Source: a virus | Strand: one strand, 5' to 3' | IMG/VR virus record: IMGVR_UViG_3300020477_001105 | Coordinates: 32,001-96,000 of that record | DNA: 64,000 bases | Shown here: one piece after another, positions 11,383 to 21,719 of the stretch | Layout: each line of letters starts with the position of its first letter | Position numbering within the stretch: position 1 is the first letter of the stretch | Position numbers and translations under genes: made by a program | The notes under the pieces: generated by a model | The model's input: only the letters and a program-made list of their open reading frames with translations | Told to the model about the DNA's origin: nothing | Database searches by the model: none

Positions 11383-11898
11383 TTACACAAAATTAAATCC
11401 TTTTTCGTCCAATATACCACCGACTGTAACTCTCTCATCTGAGAGGTTAGGCATTGTTATAACAAACCCTATATTATAAGTATTGCTAGGTACATCACCG
11501 ACTATCTTTATACCAGTTACTGAAATACGAGGTTCTTGACGAGATAATCCTACAAGTATTTGCCGAGCAATTAATTCACCTGTCTCACGAGTTATAGGAT
11601 CAAATAAAAATCTGGCTAAATTCATACCTAAATGCGGATTTAACAACTTCTCACCAGGAGTGGTATTGAAAATGTTTTCTATAGATTGCTTAATAGCACC
11701 TAAATCACGAATGTCAGCAATGTCTGTATTATTTTTAGATTGATTAGCTGGGAGGTTTACGTTAGACGATCCAATTTCAATATCTAACTTAATGTCTTTA
11801 TAGGTATATAGCTCTTCCGGGACAACTGTAGGGTTTACGTTGTCGTCAGTGCTATGAGGAGTTGTAACTCTCAGCCCGTCTAATTTAATAGATGCCAT
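11383..11898 (-). CDS. Baseplate wedge protein, T4 gp25-like
   Basis: AIKQSIENIFNTTPGEKLLNPHLG...LFDP...EPRI is the gp25/GPW pattern. Adjacent to gp6. Confidence 0.9.
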   Translation of the reverse strand: MASIKLDGLRVTTPHSTDDNVNPTVVPEELYTYKDIKLDIEIGSSNVNLPANQSKNNTDIADIRDLGAIKQSIENIFNTTPGEKLLNPHLGMNLARFLFDPITRETGELIARQILVGLSRQEPRISVTGIKIVGDVPSNTYNIGFVITMPNLSDERVTVGGILDEKGFNFV

Positions 11899-11951
11899 TC
11901 ACTAATTATTTATCTAAGACCTCGATATCCGCTTGATTAGCATAAATAATT

Positions 11952-12509
11952 ATGATGAAGAGCAAGTTTGATCTAATTGTTGAGGGAGCGTTGACTAGAT
12001 ACCAGGGAACTAACTTTCTTGTTGGTGACCGTATTAAATTTATCGAGAACTTCCTTCAGCACGAATGGGCTAAGAAACAACCAGAAGTTAAACTAGAGAG
12101 ATTAAAGCAACTCATTGAATCTGGCGATAATCTTAGAATTAGCGCTATAAAGACAGACAGACCAAATACTGCTCAAAACGGTCATTTTGAGATGGTTGAC
12201 GGGTTTTATGTAGACGTCATTCGCGAGAAGGCTCCAGGATTATTCATGCCTCAAGAAATATATACCGTTCCACAAGAATTAGTAGAACTTCAAGAAGATT
12301 ATCCGAATTTATCTGGAAAGACTCCAGATAGTCAAATTAAAGACGACCCAACTCAAATTAAGCCGAGTGAAGTTGATGTAGATGATCACGACTTAAGCCC
12401 AGTTAAACAAACTGGTATGGGTGATGGAGATAGACAGCTACGAAACAAAGATGAAAATATTTCTAAAGTAGCTCCTGCTAAATCTGATACTGGTAAATAT
12501 ATGAGTTAA
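11952..12509 (+). CDS. Hypothetical late protein (candidate internal head protein)
   Basis: Own CATAAATA box at 11941-11948. N-terminus MKSKFDLIVE. Confidence 0.6.
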   Translation: MMKSKFDLIVEGALTRYQGTNFLVGDRIKFIENFLQHEWAKKQPEVKLERLKQLIESGDNLRISAIKTDRPNTAQNGHFEMVDGFYVDVIREKAPGLFMPQEIYTVPQELVELQEDYPNLSGKTPDSQIKDDPTQIKPSEVDVDDHDLSPVKQTGMGDGDRQLRNKDENISKVAPAKSDTGKYMS

Positions 12510-13426
12510 TTATCAGATAGCTGAATCAAACAGCTATAACAATTAATCTCTTGATCCATCACAAAAGCGCTTCTATACAAAGCTTCGGCAATTATCACCA
12601 TATGCATCTTCTTCTTCTGATCTGACTTAACGTATGTATCGACATAATCAAATAGTAGTTTTAATAACATCGGGTAATCGCTATTAAACTTCTCCTCATT
12701 CTCAATCATATACTTTCTAACTTTAAGAACATGACCTTTAATAGTTAAAAGATATATTTGCTTAACAAACTCTTCGCACTTCTCTGAGTCTACGATGTTA
12801 AGTTTCTTATCTCTACAAAATTTTTGAAGCTCATTAACAGTGCGTCTTAAATCAGGATAATTATTTCTTATAAACTTTTTAAGAACCTCGTACTGCTCAT
12901 CTGATACGGAAATATCTTGATCCTTCAGAATATGAGAAATTCTATCAACACATAAATCTAAAGGAGGGGTTAGATCTAAATGTTGACATCTACTTTGTAG
13001 TGCTGGGATGATTCTATGACCATAATTGGCTGTTAATATGAAGCGAGTAATCTCAGCATACTCCTCCATAGTATTTCGAAGAGCTCGTTGCGCATCTTGA
13101 CTTAAACCGTCACATTCGTCTAATATAATAACCTTAATGTTACCGTCAATACTCTTAACTTGAGCAAACTGTACTACCTTGGATCTAATAGTATCAATAC
13201 CGTTTTCATCTGAAGCATTGATATACAAATATTGACAGTCAAGAATACTCTTCACTAACATCTTCGCGAGTGTAGTTTTACCTACACCTGGAGGACCGAC
13301 TAGCTGTATATTCGGTATCTCTCTATCTGAAGAAAACTTATCTACAATCGCTCTATTATCTTCAGATAGAACAATTTCTGATAATTCCTTAGGACGGTAT
13401 TTCTCTACCCAGAGATTTTCGAACAT
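12506..13426 (-). CDS. Clamp loader AAA+ subunit (T4 gp44/RFC-like)
   Basis: LWVEKYRP, GPPGVGKT, INASDENGID, IILDECD, ALQSRC. Confidence 0.95.
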   Translation of the reverse strand: MFENLWVEKYRPKELSEIVLSEDNRAIVDKFSSDREIPNIQLVGPPGVGKTTLAKMLVKSILDCQYLYINASDENGIDTIRSKVVQFAQVKSIDGNIKVIILDECDGLSQDAQRALRNTMEEYAEITRFILTANYGHRIIPALQSRCQHLDLTPPLDLCVDRISHILKDQDISVSDEQYEVLKKFIRNNYPDLRRTVNELQKFCRDKKLNIVDSEKCEEFVKQIYLLTIKGHVLKVRKYMIENEEKFNSDYPMLLKLLFDYVDTYVKSDQKKKMHMVIIAEALYRSAFVMDQEINCYSCLIQLSDN

Positions 13427-13533
13427 TACTTACGTTTTCTAGGCTTGACAGTCTTAGTTACAGTTACAGTCTTACGTACTGTGGTGCGGCCACGTTGTTT
13501 TACGGAAACTCGTTGTCTTGTATTTCTTGCCAT
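13426..13533 (-). CDS. Unannotated 35-aa highly basic microprotein
   Basis: MARNTRQRVSVKQRGRTTVRKTVTVTKTVKPRKRK*. Consensus sigma70-type promoter and AAGGA upstream. TAATG overlap with the clamp loader start. Confidence 0.75.
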   Translation of the reverse strand: MARNTRQRVSVKQRGRTTVRKTVTVTKTVKPRKRK

Positions 13534-13556
13534 AATATATCCTTTATTGTTCTTAT

Positions 13557-13585
13557 ATTATACGTTTTAATAAGAGGAACGTCAA
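13557..13585 (-). promoter_or_regulatory. Sigma70-type promoter TTGACG-17 nt-TATAAT
   Basis: Near-consensus -35/-10 with a 17-nt spacer, upstream of the 35-aa ORF and clamp loader. Confidence 0.8.
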
Positions 13586-13587
13586 GC

Positions 13588-14085
13588 TTATTTACCGCTA
13601 CTTCCAAAACCAGAAGCTCCGCGAGCTGATTCAGTAACTTCATCAGCCCATTCACATTGTGGATGAATAAGGGGGTATACTACAAACTGTGCGATTCTGT
13701 CACCTTTTTTAACTTGATGATTAGCTAGTGTCATATTTCTATGATCTGTATTAAAATTGTATAATTTAACTCCTAAATCTCCACGATAGCCATTATCAAT
13801 TACACCTAGATGAGGTTGTATACTATGTTTGAATCCTAGCCCAGATCTCGGTTCAATTCGAAACCAAAACCCTGGCTCAATATAAGCGAGTGTCAGACCG
13901 ACTGGTACAACAGCACTGCTATCAGCCTTGATAAGTACATCTTCAACGGCTACTAGGTCGTAACCTGAATCACCGGTTCCTATCTCGCTGTTGTTAGCTC
14001 TAGGTAGCTGTGCATCTGGATGCGTCTTAACAAACTTAACTATCGGATTTAATAGTAAATGTTGTCTATGAATTGTGTCACTCAT
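13588..14085 (-). CDS. dut: Trimeric dUTPase
   Basis: SGYDL, IEPRSGLG, GVIDNGYRG, GDRIAQ, RGASGFGSSG. Confidence 0.95.
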   Translation of the reverse strand: MSDTIHRQHLLLNPIVKFVKTHPDAQLPRANNSEIGTGDSGYDLVAVEDVLIKADSSAVVPVGLTLAYIEPGFWFRIEPRSGLGFKHSIQPHLGVIDNGYRGDLGVKLYNFNTDHRNMTLANHQVKKGDRIAQFVVYPLIHPQCEWADEVTESARGASGFGSSGK

Positions 14086-14233
14086 TTAATAGCGTATCTC
14101 CTCCGTATGTTGGATCTTGTTGATTACTTTCTACTTGTGCAGCGTTGTTAGTCTCTAACCATTGAATTAACTCTCTCAAATTCTCTGAATTGACTGAAAA
14201 CGTTCCGTGTCCTTCTACAATTACTGTCGCCAT
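14078..14233 (-). CDS. Small hypothetical protein, 51 aa (MATVIVEGHG...)
   Basis: Likely true start ATG 14233, 6 nt after TATAAT of a TTGAAA-17-TATAAT promoter (14240-14268). Confidence 0.6.
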   Translation of the reverse strand: MATVIVEGHGTFSVNSENLRELIQWLETNNAAQVESNQQDPTYGGDTLLNE

Positions 14234-14282
14234 GTTGGTATTATATGTTGTTAAGAGGGCATTTTCAACTAAGTATTTCAGG

Positions 14283-14774
14283 ATGAGTGACAATAAAGCG
14301 GAAGACCAATTAAATTCTCTAGTAAAGCAGTTACAAGAAAGCACAAAAGTCAATAAAGAAGTTTCCCGAAGAGCAGCAGAAGAAGGGCTTGCTCCGGAAG
14401 ATGTTGAAGAATTTGTTGTAAAAAACTCAGGTGAGCTAATTAATCAAAGCTTAGATACTTTACGAGAAGTTAAGGACTATGTTATGGCTTCTGGTGACCC
14501 AGATAGTATCGGAGCTCTAGCTGATTTAATCAAAGCTTCTAGTTCTGCTTTGGAAAGTTTGAATAAAATTGTAGTCCAAAATAAGCGTTCAGCTACATCT
14601 ATTTTAACTAAGAAGATGGATATTGATACTAAGCTGGCTATTGAGAATGAAAAACCAGATAAGAACTCCTATATAGGAACCAGAGATGAAGTGTTTAAGC
14701 AACTTGTGAAAGACGCTAAGGTTATTGAAGTTACCGAGGACGATCTGGACACGTCTTTATCTGGAAGACCCTAA
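14283..14774 (+). CDS. Probable terminase small subunit (T4 gp16-like)
   Basis: Helical central region and C-terminal SYIGTRDEVFKQL resembling the gp16 tail. Likely start ATG 14283 after ACTAAGTA. Confidence 0.6.
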   Translation: MSDNKAEDQLNSLVKQLQESTKVNKEVSRRAAEEGLAPEDVEEFVVKNSGELINQSLDTLREVKDYVMASGDPDSIGALADLIKASSSALESLNKIVVQNKRSATSILTKKMDIDTKLAIENEKPDKNSYIGTRDEVFKQLVKDAKVIEVTEDDLDTSLSGRP

Positions 14775-16004
14775 AGCTGTTTCAATATCAGCTACAGTGC
14801 TATCAACTTCCTTAAATTTATTTCTAAGAATATCTACTTCATACGAAGTATTCTCGACGACGTAATCAAACACTGTATAATCTATTTTTTGCTTATTATC
14901 AATTTTGTTTCTCCACGGGAGCAATACAGAGTATATATTACCTAACGTTTCTGCTATAATATCATTAAACTGCGCAGTATATGTTTTCATTCGCTTCCAT
15001 TGTGCAGTATCACCGGTACCACCGTTAAAATCTTCTCCGTGAGCCGTATTAATACCAGCAACAGCTCTAATTAACGAAGAATGGACTATATTTTTTCGAT
15101 ATACCTTTTCAATTTTTGAAGTCATATCGTGAAGCTGTTCTTCCGTTGCATCATCAATCTTATCTTGAAGTACAGGTGTTAAATAGCTAGGTCTTAATTT
15201 CTCATCTGTAGACCAACCAGTAAAGTCAACATCAAATAATGGTAACATCCACGGATCAACAGTCTCATCAATATCTCTAACTAAGGAGCCAATAGAGTCA
15301 CTAAAATCAGTAAAATAATCTACAGTACTATCAGTAACCAAATTTTGATATTTCCGGTGAACTTCTGGATGAGCGCGTTGGAACTTTTCGATCCAATATA
15401 TTAAAAATTGATTATCTAGATCTGCCATTCCTATATTAGGAACATTACCAGCTGAAATATGTTTTCTAACTGCATCATTAGTAGGCTTATCTACTTTTAT
15501 TAGCCTATTAGACATAGTTACTAAGTCTATAGCTTTAAATTGACCTTCTTCAGTTTGTATTGATCCGTCATCATTACGCACCCATACCTCAGTTTCATTT
15601 AATAATGTATTCTCGTATGAGACATACGGTAAGCTCAACGCGCCTGGGTTTGTTATAGAATAAGCTAATAGCTTATTTACTAAGCTATCTATAGGTTCAT
15701 CCTCCTTATTGTAAGTTAAATTGTCAGCAGAATTTGCTTCATACGGATCCATATATCCACCAGCATCTTCACCCCAGTTGAAATTAATACCATCATTCAG
15801 CTTCTCAAAAAACTTGCTTTGAGTCTCAAGCGTGTCCCATGTATGCTTTGTATAATTATGAAAATATACTAAAGCAATTTCACCTAGATATTTGTCTAAT
15901 GTGTTAGTGTAGCTGCTAGCAGCAATATGAAAATCAATAGAGTTAGCAACATCTGTATCAACAATGTGAGCTATTCCTGTCTTTACTGGAAACTGACTAC
16001 CCAT
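14757..16004 (-). CDS. Hypothetical protein in the tail/baseplate operon, 415 aa
   Basis: Translationally coupled to the upstream hub gene. No motif recognised. Confidence 0.55.
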   Translation of the reverse strand: MGSQFPVKTGIAHIVDTDVANSIDFHIAASSYTNTLDKYLGEIALVYFHNYTKHTWDTLETQSKFFEKLNDGINFNWGEDAGGYMDPYEANSADNLTYNKEDEPIDSLVNKLLAYSITNPGALSLPYVSYENTLLNETEVWVRNDDGSIQTEEGQFKAIDLVTMSNRLIKVDKPTNDAVRKHISAGNVPNIGMADLDNQFLIYWIEKFQRAHPEVHRKYQNLVTDSTVDYFTDFSDSIGSLVRDIDETVDPWMLPLFDVDFTGWSTDEKLRPSYLTPVLQDKIDDATEEQLHDMTSKIEKVYRKNIVHSSLIRAVAGINTAHGEDFNGGTGDTAQWKRMKTYTAQFNDIIAETLGNIYSVLLPWRNKIDNKQKIDYTVFDYVVENTSYEVDILRNKFKEVDSTVADIETALGSSR

Positions 16005-17524
16005 TATGCTAACTGTGTCTCCTCTCCGCTCATGTCTATTCTCAACCCACCTGGTGTACCTGGAGCGTCTAATAACAACGGTTCATACGTAAACGGTCTC
16101 ACACATGATATATGATTAGCATATGCATTTTGTTCAAGCATGAAGACATGGCTGACTTTAATACCTAACCAATCTCCCATCAATAATTTCTCGAAAGGTG
16201 TATCATTATTAGACGTCTTATCAGCTAACGTGTAAAATCTTCCTGCTTGTCTGTGAGTAGAGCCATGTACAGTAAAGCTAATTCCTGGACTAAACGCTAA
16301 AGCCTTATTCATAACTCTACCAATTGTCTTTTTATACCAAGATCTAACACCAGTATCAATATTCTTAAAAACTCTATTTTCTAACTTATCTGCGTTGACA
16401 GGAAAAACGGCGTTAACAGTATGAGATACTAATTTATCATTTACTAGTTGCTCATACTTGTCTCTGATAGATTGTATGTGAGTCTCTTTGCTTCTTATAA
16501 TAAACTCTTTATTTCTACGGTCATACGTATGACCTAGGGTAGTAACTAACTCACTCATACTATCTGCATTTGATGTATTTAATAATTCAAAATTAGTTAA
16601 TGAATCAAACATCTCTAATGTACCAGTGTCAATTTGTTTTGGTGATTTACCTTTTGGAATCTTACTGTTATTGACACCTTTAGTGTCTGTAGTTGTTCCA
16701 CTATGGAGTGCAAATACATCTGCGTTTGCAGGTCCCAATCCTTCTCCTCGATCACCAACTGTGCCTTGAAAATAATCTGATACCGATCTTAATGAAAATA
16801 AACTAATATTAGGTGACCTTTCTGCTCGCAGGAAACAATTATCATCATCGCTAGACATATGATCGTCTAGAACATACTCAATGTCATCGAACAGTGTTGT
16901 ATCACCTGTAGACGTATAAAATATTTTGTTTGAACCTAATGACCAATCATCAGCCCACATTAACTCAGCTCCTTTACCTTCTAAACCAGTTGTTAATAGG
17001 CTTTGAATCGCATCACCAGTATACATTGATCTATGTTCATCTGATAATTGACCAATATTAGGCATTATACCAGCCGCACCAGCAGTAGACCATCTTGTAT
17101 TAATCTCTCTTAAATATTGTTCTCGAATATCTCTTAAATGATATATCTTTGTTTTGTTATTAGTATCACCATTAATAACCTCTTCTTCATCATATATAAA
17201 GAATGCAAAATTTAATCCCCATAACTCAATCGGAAACTTTCTTTCATCCCCAGCTTTATGTACAGGTTTAATATCTACTAAGACTGTATCTCTACTATCA
17301 ATATTAAACGTTGGAGTTAAGGGAGAGTTGTCTAATGCATTATGACTACTATTAATAGTCAACTTACCTGTATGGAATATAGAGTATATATTATCCTCAA
17401 TTAATATTTCTTGAACAATACCTCGAGGCAGTCTCTGAGCTGGGCTGTTACCATTAATCAAAATTACGCTAATGTCGTAATTTTGATTATTCAGGCTAAC
17501 AGTTAAAGTGCTTTCAAAACTCAT
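16004..17524 (-). CDS. Baseplate hub protein (gp27-like)
   Basis: EILIEDNIYSIFHTGKLTI at the N-terminus and FTVHGSTHRQAG...GDWLGIKVSHVF at the C-terminus. Follows the gp53-like gene. Confidence 0.6.
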   Translation of the reverse strand: MSFESTLTVSLNNQNYDISVILINGNSPAQRLPRGIVQEILIEDNIYSIFHTGKLTINSSHNALDNSPLTPTFNIDSRDTVLVDIKPVHKAGDERKFPIELWGLNFAFFIYDEEEVINGDTNNKTKIYHLRDIREQYLREINTRWSTAGAAGIMPNIGQLSDEHRSMYTGDAIQSLLTTGLEGKGAELMWADDWSLGSNKIFYTSTGDTTLFDDIEYVLDDHMSSDDDNCFLRAERSPNISLFSLRSVSDYFQGTVGDRGEGLGPANADVFALHSGTTTDTKGVNNSKIPKGKSPKQIDTGTLEMFDSLTNFELLNTSNADSMSELVTTLGHTYDRRNKEFIIRSKETHIQSIRDKYEQLVNDKLVSHTVNAVFPVNADKLENRVFKNIDTGVRSWYKKTIGRVMNKALAFSPGISFTVHGSTHRQAGRFYTLADKTSNNDTPFEKLLMGDWLGIKVSHVFMLEQNAYANHISCVRPFTYEPLLLDAPGTPGGLRIDMSGEETQLA

Positions 17525-17895
17525 TGATTCTTAACTTGTCTATCTATCTCATCCAATACAGATCTAACAACAGTTGGAGATATAATTCTCAATATAGTAC
17601 CAGGTTCAGGATTATGTACCGGGTTAGTTATACCACTTGATATACATATTAACCACCACAAATTAATCGTACCATATTCTAAATAACTTATCTGCGGCCA
17701 AGTCATGTTTCCACGTACATTGACATATGTAACGGCTCCTTCTGGTAAATCTCTAGGTATCTTGATCTTCTTCAGAATATTAAATGCATAATGATCACCT
17801 TCTTTATACATCTTAAAGATCTTCTCATACAAGAACTCATGAAGCTGTGGTAAAGCAGTAATATCGTTTTGCACCTTATCTAGTTCTGTTTTCAT
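17521..17895 (-). CDS. Baseplate wedge protein, gp53-like (LysM-like)
   Basis: TWPQISYLEYGTINLWWLICISSGITNP...PGTILRI. Confidence 0.85.
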   Translation of the reverse strand: MKTELDKVQNDITALPQLHEFLYEKIFKMYKEGDHYAFNILKKIKIPRDLPEGAVTYVNVRGNMTWPQISYLEYGTINLWWLICISSGITNPVHNPEPGTILRIISPTVVRSVLDEIDRQVKNQ

Positions 17896-19310
17896 TTTGA
17901 CTTTCTTTGTATGTGATTAGTGTTTTGGTTCCAAGCCGTGGCAGTTGATTTTGTTTGCGGACCTACTGCGGCATCATTAATGAACACTTCGTAGATATCT
18001 GCTCCTTGAGTAATAGCATGGAACATAAGATTTTTAGTTTCCGGTAGCAATGATTTTAAGGTGATATTTACTTCCCATGCTTCAGGTATTTGAGTTTTTA
18101 TGCCACGGATTTTAGGATCAGGAGAACCTTGACTTGATCCTGCTTCCGTAACGTTTACACTTTTACCTTCATGTGATGTACTACCAGTACCATGGCGACG
18201 AACATAATCCGTTCCAGTTGATGGTTTCTTCTTCTCATACGGAGGATCTGTAAACGTCTTGGGATGAAAATTTGATCTATCGTCTACTTGTACAGGTACA
18301 ACCATCTCGCGCTGAGTGCCATGGCTCTTAATTTGTAATCCTGAAATATATGCGTAAGGGAAATAATGTAACCCATCAACCTCTACTTCATATATTACAG
18401 GAGGTTCTAAGAGTATCTTAGACGTCTTATTAGCTAAATTTTGATAAACTAACATGAACACTAATTGCCAGTTTTTTACCACATCCTCCCAAGAATTTGT
18501 ATTATATAAATAAAATGTAAATTTAACGTCAGGTGTTGCTGTTTGATCGTAATGATAAGACTTTGGTAAATCTATATACGCACCTTTAGCTACAGTTTCA
18601 AACTGAGATGTAATCATTTGAGCTAACCCTACTGGTGCATCTTTTAATATTGTACTAAATATACCACCTCCACGAACATCTCCCCATGCTTGACCTACTG
18701 ATTTATATTCATCAACAAAATAAGGCATTATATATTGAAACCCTGTAGGTTGTACACCATATAACCCCCAATAAGGTGTTAACCACGGTACATCATTTTT
18801 TATATTATCTGGAGGGTTTACTGTAATTTCAAAGTTTCCTGCATCTGGACCAAGTACAGTTTTTTTAACTTTTGTTTCTATTTCCTTAATTTTCTCTACA
18901 GCCTTTTCAACTTTTGCCTTATGTTCTTTTAACTTTTCATTAGCCGGGGAAGATCCAGAACCAGCTTGGCCGAATATACCTTCACCTATCGTTAATCCCT
19001 TATCCACTGCGTCTGTACCCATCGTAAGAAGATATCTTAACTGTTGCATTACAGAGTTAAACTCTATCTTATACTCCGACAGTTTGACGCGAGGTACTTC
19101 GTTACGACCTATAGAAGGTGTATGTGTCCATTGATGATCTGTAATAACATTAATTATCTGAGGGTCAAAATTACCCCGACTCGATGCCCGTGATTTTTGA
19201 GGTATGAGCTCAGGAGCCGCAGCGTTGTTCATATTAGGAAGGCTTACCTTGTTAAAGCCTAGGTCCTCCTTATCCATTGTCTTTATCTTAAATAGATGTC
19301 TCTCGTTCAT
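17892..19310 (-). CDS. Baseplate tail-tube cap/initiator (gp48-like)
   Basis: KFTFYLYNT...PPVIYEVEV...AYISGLQI...WEVNITL tube-fold pattern. Lies between the tape measure and gp53 genes. Confidence 0.55.
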   Translation of the reverse strand: MNERHLFKIKTMDKEDLGFNKVSLPNMNNAAAPELIPQKSRASSRGNFDPQIINVITDHQWTHTPSIGRNEVPRVKLSEYKIEFNSVMQQLRYLLTMGTDAVDKGLTIGEGIFGQAGSGSSPANEKLKEHKAKVEKAVEKIKEIETKVKKTVLGPDAGNFEITVNPPDNIKNDVPWLTPYWGLYGVQPTGFQYIMPYFVDEYKSVGQAWGDVRGGGIFSTILKDAPVGLAQMITSQFETVAKGAYIDLPKSYHYDQTATPDVKFTFYLYNTNSWEDVVKNWQLVFMLVYQNLANKTSKILLEPPVIYEVEVDGLHYFPYAYISGLQIKSHGTQREMVVPVQVDDRSNFHPKTFTDPPYEKKKPSTGTDYVRRHGTGSTSHEGKSVNVTEAGSSQGSPDPKIRGIKTQIPEAWEVNITLKSLLPETKNLMFHAITQGADIYEVFINDAAVGPQTKSTATAWNQNTNHIQRKSK

Positions 19311-21691
19311 ATGTTAAGCTTCCTCGCGCTAGTATTCGGACCAGTACCAGCTGGCATCTGTATCTGTTGGCCGCCCGGGGCTACCATTGCTACTGTACTC
19401 GGCTGTATACTCTCTATTGCTGTTATTAATTTCTCGTTACTTGTTTCAATAACCTCCATTAAAGTCTTACCAGTATTACCTACTAATGCACCTACAATAC
19501 CATCTGTTACTTTCTTGAAATCAGCATCTAATTTAATTGATGCTTGAGGTTGAGGTTTAGCATCCGGGTCTGCAGGTTTTTCAGGTTTAGCTTCTGGTGC
19601 AGGTTTTTCATCTCCAGGTGTTAGGAACGATTTTACTTTCTGCTCTGCTTGTTGTTGGAACATTTTAAGTACATCACCTTTTGCACCATGCCTCCAAGCA
19701 GCGCCTTTGAGTATTAGATTACTTTGAAGTTTCATAGCTTCAGCCGCTGTGTTTTGGCTTTTTATTATTTCATCTAAGTTAACCCCGGCTCCGGTAAGTT
19801 TGGCGACAGCACCCTTATCCTTTTTAATTTGTTCAAGACCGGTATCTATAACTCTATCAAACCCGGGGATAAATTGACCTATCTTTAATATACCCTGGAG
19901 CCAGTTTCCATCTGCGATATCGGTAAACCCGCTTATAACAGTCTTGACAGGCTCTAGCACGTTTTGTATTAGTGGTGACTCTACGAATCCTTTCCAAACA
20001 TCACCAGGTGAAGGGATTTTATCTATACCAAATTCTTTTCCTAAATTCTGAATAGCTTCTACGGGCCCTTTTTCCAAGAGTCTACCGATACTAGGGAATA
20101 ATGCTCCTTCACCTTGACCAAATAACATCTCTACTGGTCGACGTTGGAAATTTTCAATCCAGTTCCCTAAATTTGTACTATAAAACCACTCTCCAAGATC
20201 GAAGCTTAATATATCTTCTTTGAGTGCAGTTTTGAAATCTTTATCAAGCATTGCCATTATACTGTTTACTGTCTCTTCGCTCGCCACTAATCCTAAAGCA
20301 GTCTGCAATGGCTTCTCTTGCATTCCAGTTAGAAATGCTTGTACACTTGTATATAAATTACTACTTGTAATCTTATCCCAGAAACCACCTTCTCCTTTAA
20401 CATTGAGCAATCCACCAGCATCAAAAATGCCTTTATCACTGCTAAGGAAGTTTATTATTCCTTGAGGTAGGATAAATTTCAATTCATTCCAGTCTCCAGA
20501 TTTTCCAAACTCATTAATGTGATCGAAGATAGTTTTATCGCCTTCTCCAGCAAATAGAGATTTAAATCTCTTCTGTAAGCCAACTACTAATTTGTTCAGG
20601 AACCCTCCAAGGTCAATTTCTTTAAATCCGAACAAGTTTACATTTTCTACAACATCAACACCACCACCGGCGTCTATAAATTTCTTAATTGAATCTAAAA
20701 TAGGCTTTAAAGGCTTAATTGCATCACCCATAGCAGTTAGATCAAATTTGCCTGCTGCTTCTAAGAACTGGCCAATATTTTTAAAGAATGTTTTCTCTTT
20801 TAAGCTTGTTATAAATCTATTAATAACACCTAGCAGTCCACCTTCAAGATTAACCTGATCTAACCCAAGTGCTGCTATTGTAGTACCGGGTAAAACCTTC
20901 TTCCAATCAATCTTAACAATTGCATCGCCTAAAATGGGTACAATTTGTTCTATAGCAGATGCTAAAAATGAACCGAATTTATCTTTAATCGCTTTCCATA
21001 AGTCATTAAATCCCTTACCAGCGTCAACTCTTTTTATCCATTCACCGCCAAGCGCACCTGCGGGCATCCTCTCGGTTGTCTTTCCACCTACCCATTTCAA
21101 GAACGTACTAAATCCTGGAATAGCTACAGCCATTCGTGCTATGCCACCTTTAATATTACCTTTAGTGACTTCCAATATACCTGTAAGAAGGTGCTTTAAG
21201 TGGAAGAATGGGAACTTACTCAACAACCCGTCTTTCTCGTTTAAGAGCTTTTTACCAAAATCTACAAAACTAATTTGACCTTCTAATAGCGCTTTCCAAT
21301 CAGCTCCTAATATAGAGCCTATAACTGCACCTGCTGCACCTCCAAAGAATATCATCTTAAACACTTTGCTTAAAAATCCTTCCTTCTGCTGTACCTTTAC
21401 GTTGGGCATTTGCATTTGAGGCATAACCTTAGCAAGATAATCAGCAAAATGAGTTAATGGTCTAACGGAATTTCCTACTGAGTATCCTTGAATTACAACT
21501 TGTTGTACGTTTTTAAACTGACTACGGCTGTTATTTGCTATAGCATTAGGAAGAGCAGCCAATGTCTTATTAACACTATCTAGAGAAGATTTTTGCTGCC
21601 TTGCAACATTAACTAGAGTATTAGTAGACGTAGATAGCCCGTTAAGGGTACCTAGCATTCTATTAAACATTGCAGCGGATTGGTCGGCCAT
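19307..21691 (-). CDS. Probable tape measure protein
   Basis: 794-aa G/L/I/F/K-rich amphipathic helical protein downstream of the tube and hub-chaperone genes. Confidence 0.65.
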   Translation of the reverse strand: MADQSAAMFNRMLGTLNGLSTSTNTLVNVARQQKSSLDSVNKTLAALPNAIANNSRSQFKNVQQVVIQGYSVGNSVRPLTHFADYLAKVMPQMQMPNVKVQQKEGFLSKVFKMIFFGGAAGAVIGSILGADWKALLEGQISFVDFGKKLLNEKDGLLSKFPFFHLKHLLTGILEVTKGNIKGGIARMAVAIPGFSTFLKWVGGKTTERMPAGALGGEWIKRVDAGKGFNDLWKAIKDKFGSFLASAIEQIVPILGDAIVKIDWKKVLPGTTIAALGLDQVNLEGGLLGVINRFITSLKEKTFFKNIGQFLEAAGKFDLTAMGDAIKPLKPILDSIKKFIDAGGGVDVVENVNLFGFKEIDLGGFLNKLVVGLQKRFKSLFAGEGDKTIFDHINEFGKSGDWNELKFILPQGIINFLSSDKGIFDAGGLLNVKGEGGFWDKITSSNLYTSVQAFLTGMQEKPLQTALGLVASEETVNSIMAMLDKDFKTALKEDILSFDLGEWFYSTNLGNWIENFQRRPVEMLFGQGEGALFPSIGRLLEKGPVEAIQNLGKEFGIDKIPSPGDVWKGFVESPLIQNVLEPVKTVISGFTDIADGNWLQGILKIGQFIPGFDRVIDTGLEQIKKDKGAVAKLTGAGVNLDEIIKSQNTAAEAMKLQSNLILKGAAWRHGAKGDVLKMFQQQAEQKVKSFLTPGDEKPAPEAKPEKPADPDAKPQPQASIKLDADFKKVTDGIVGALVGNTGKTLMEVIETSNEKLITAIESIQPSTVAMVAPGGQQIQMPAGTGPNTSARKLNI

Positions 21692-21719
21692 AAATACTGT
21701 AAGTATTTATCGGAAACGC

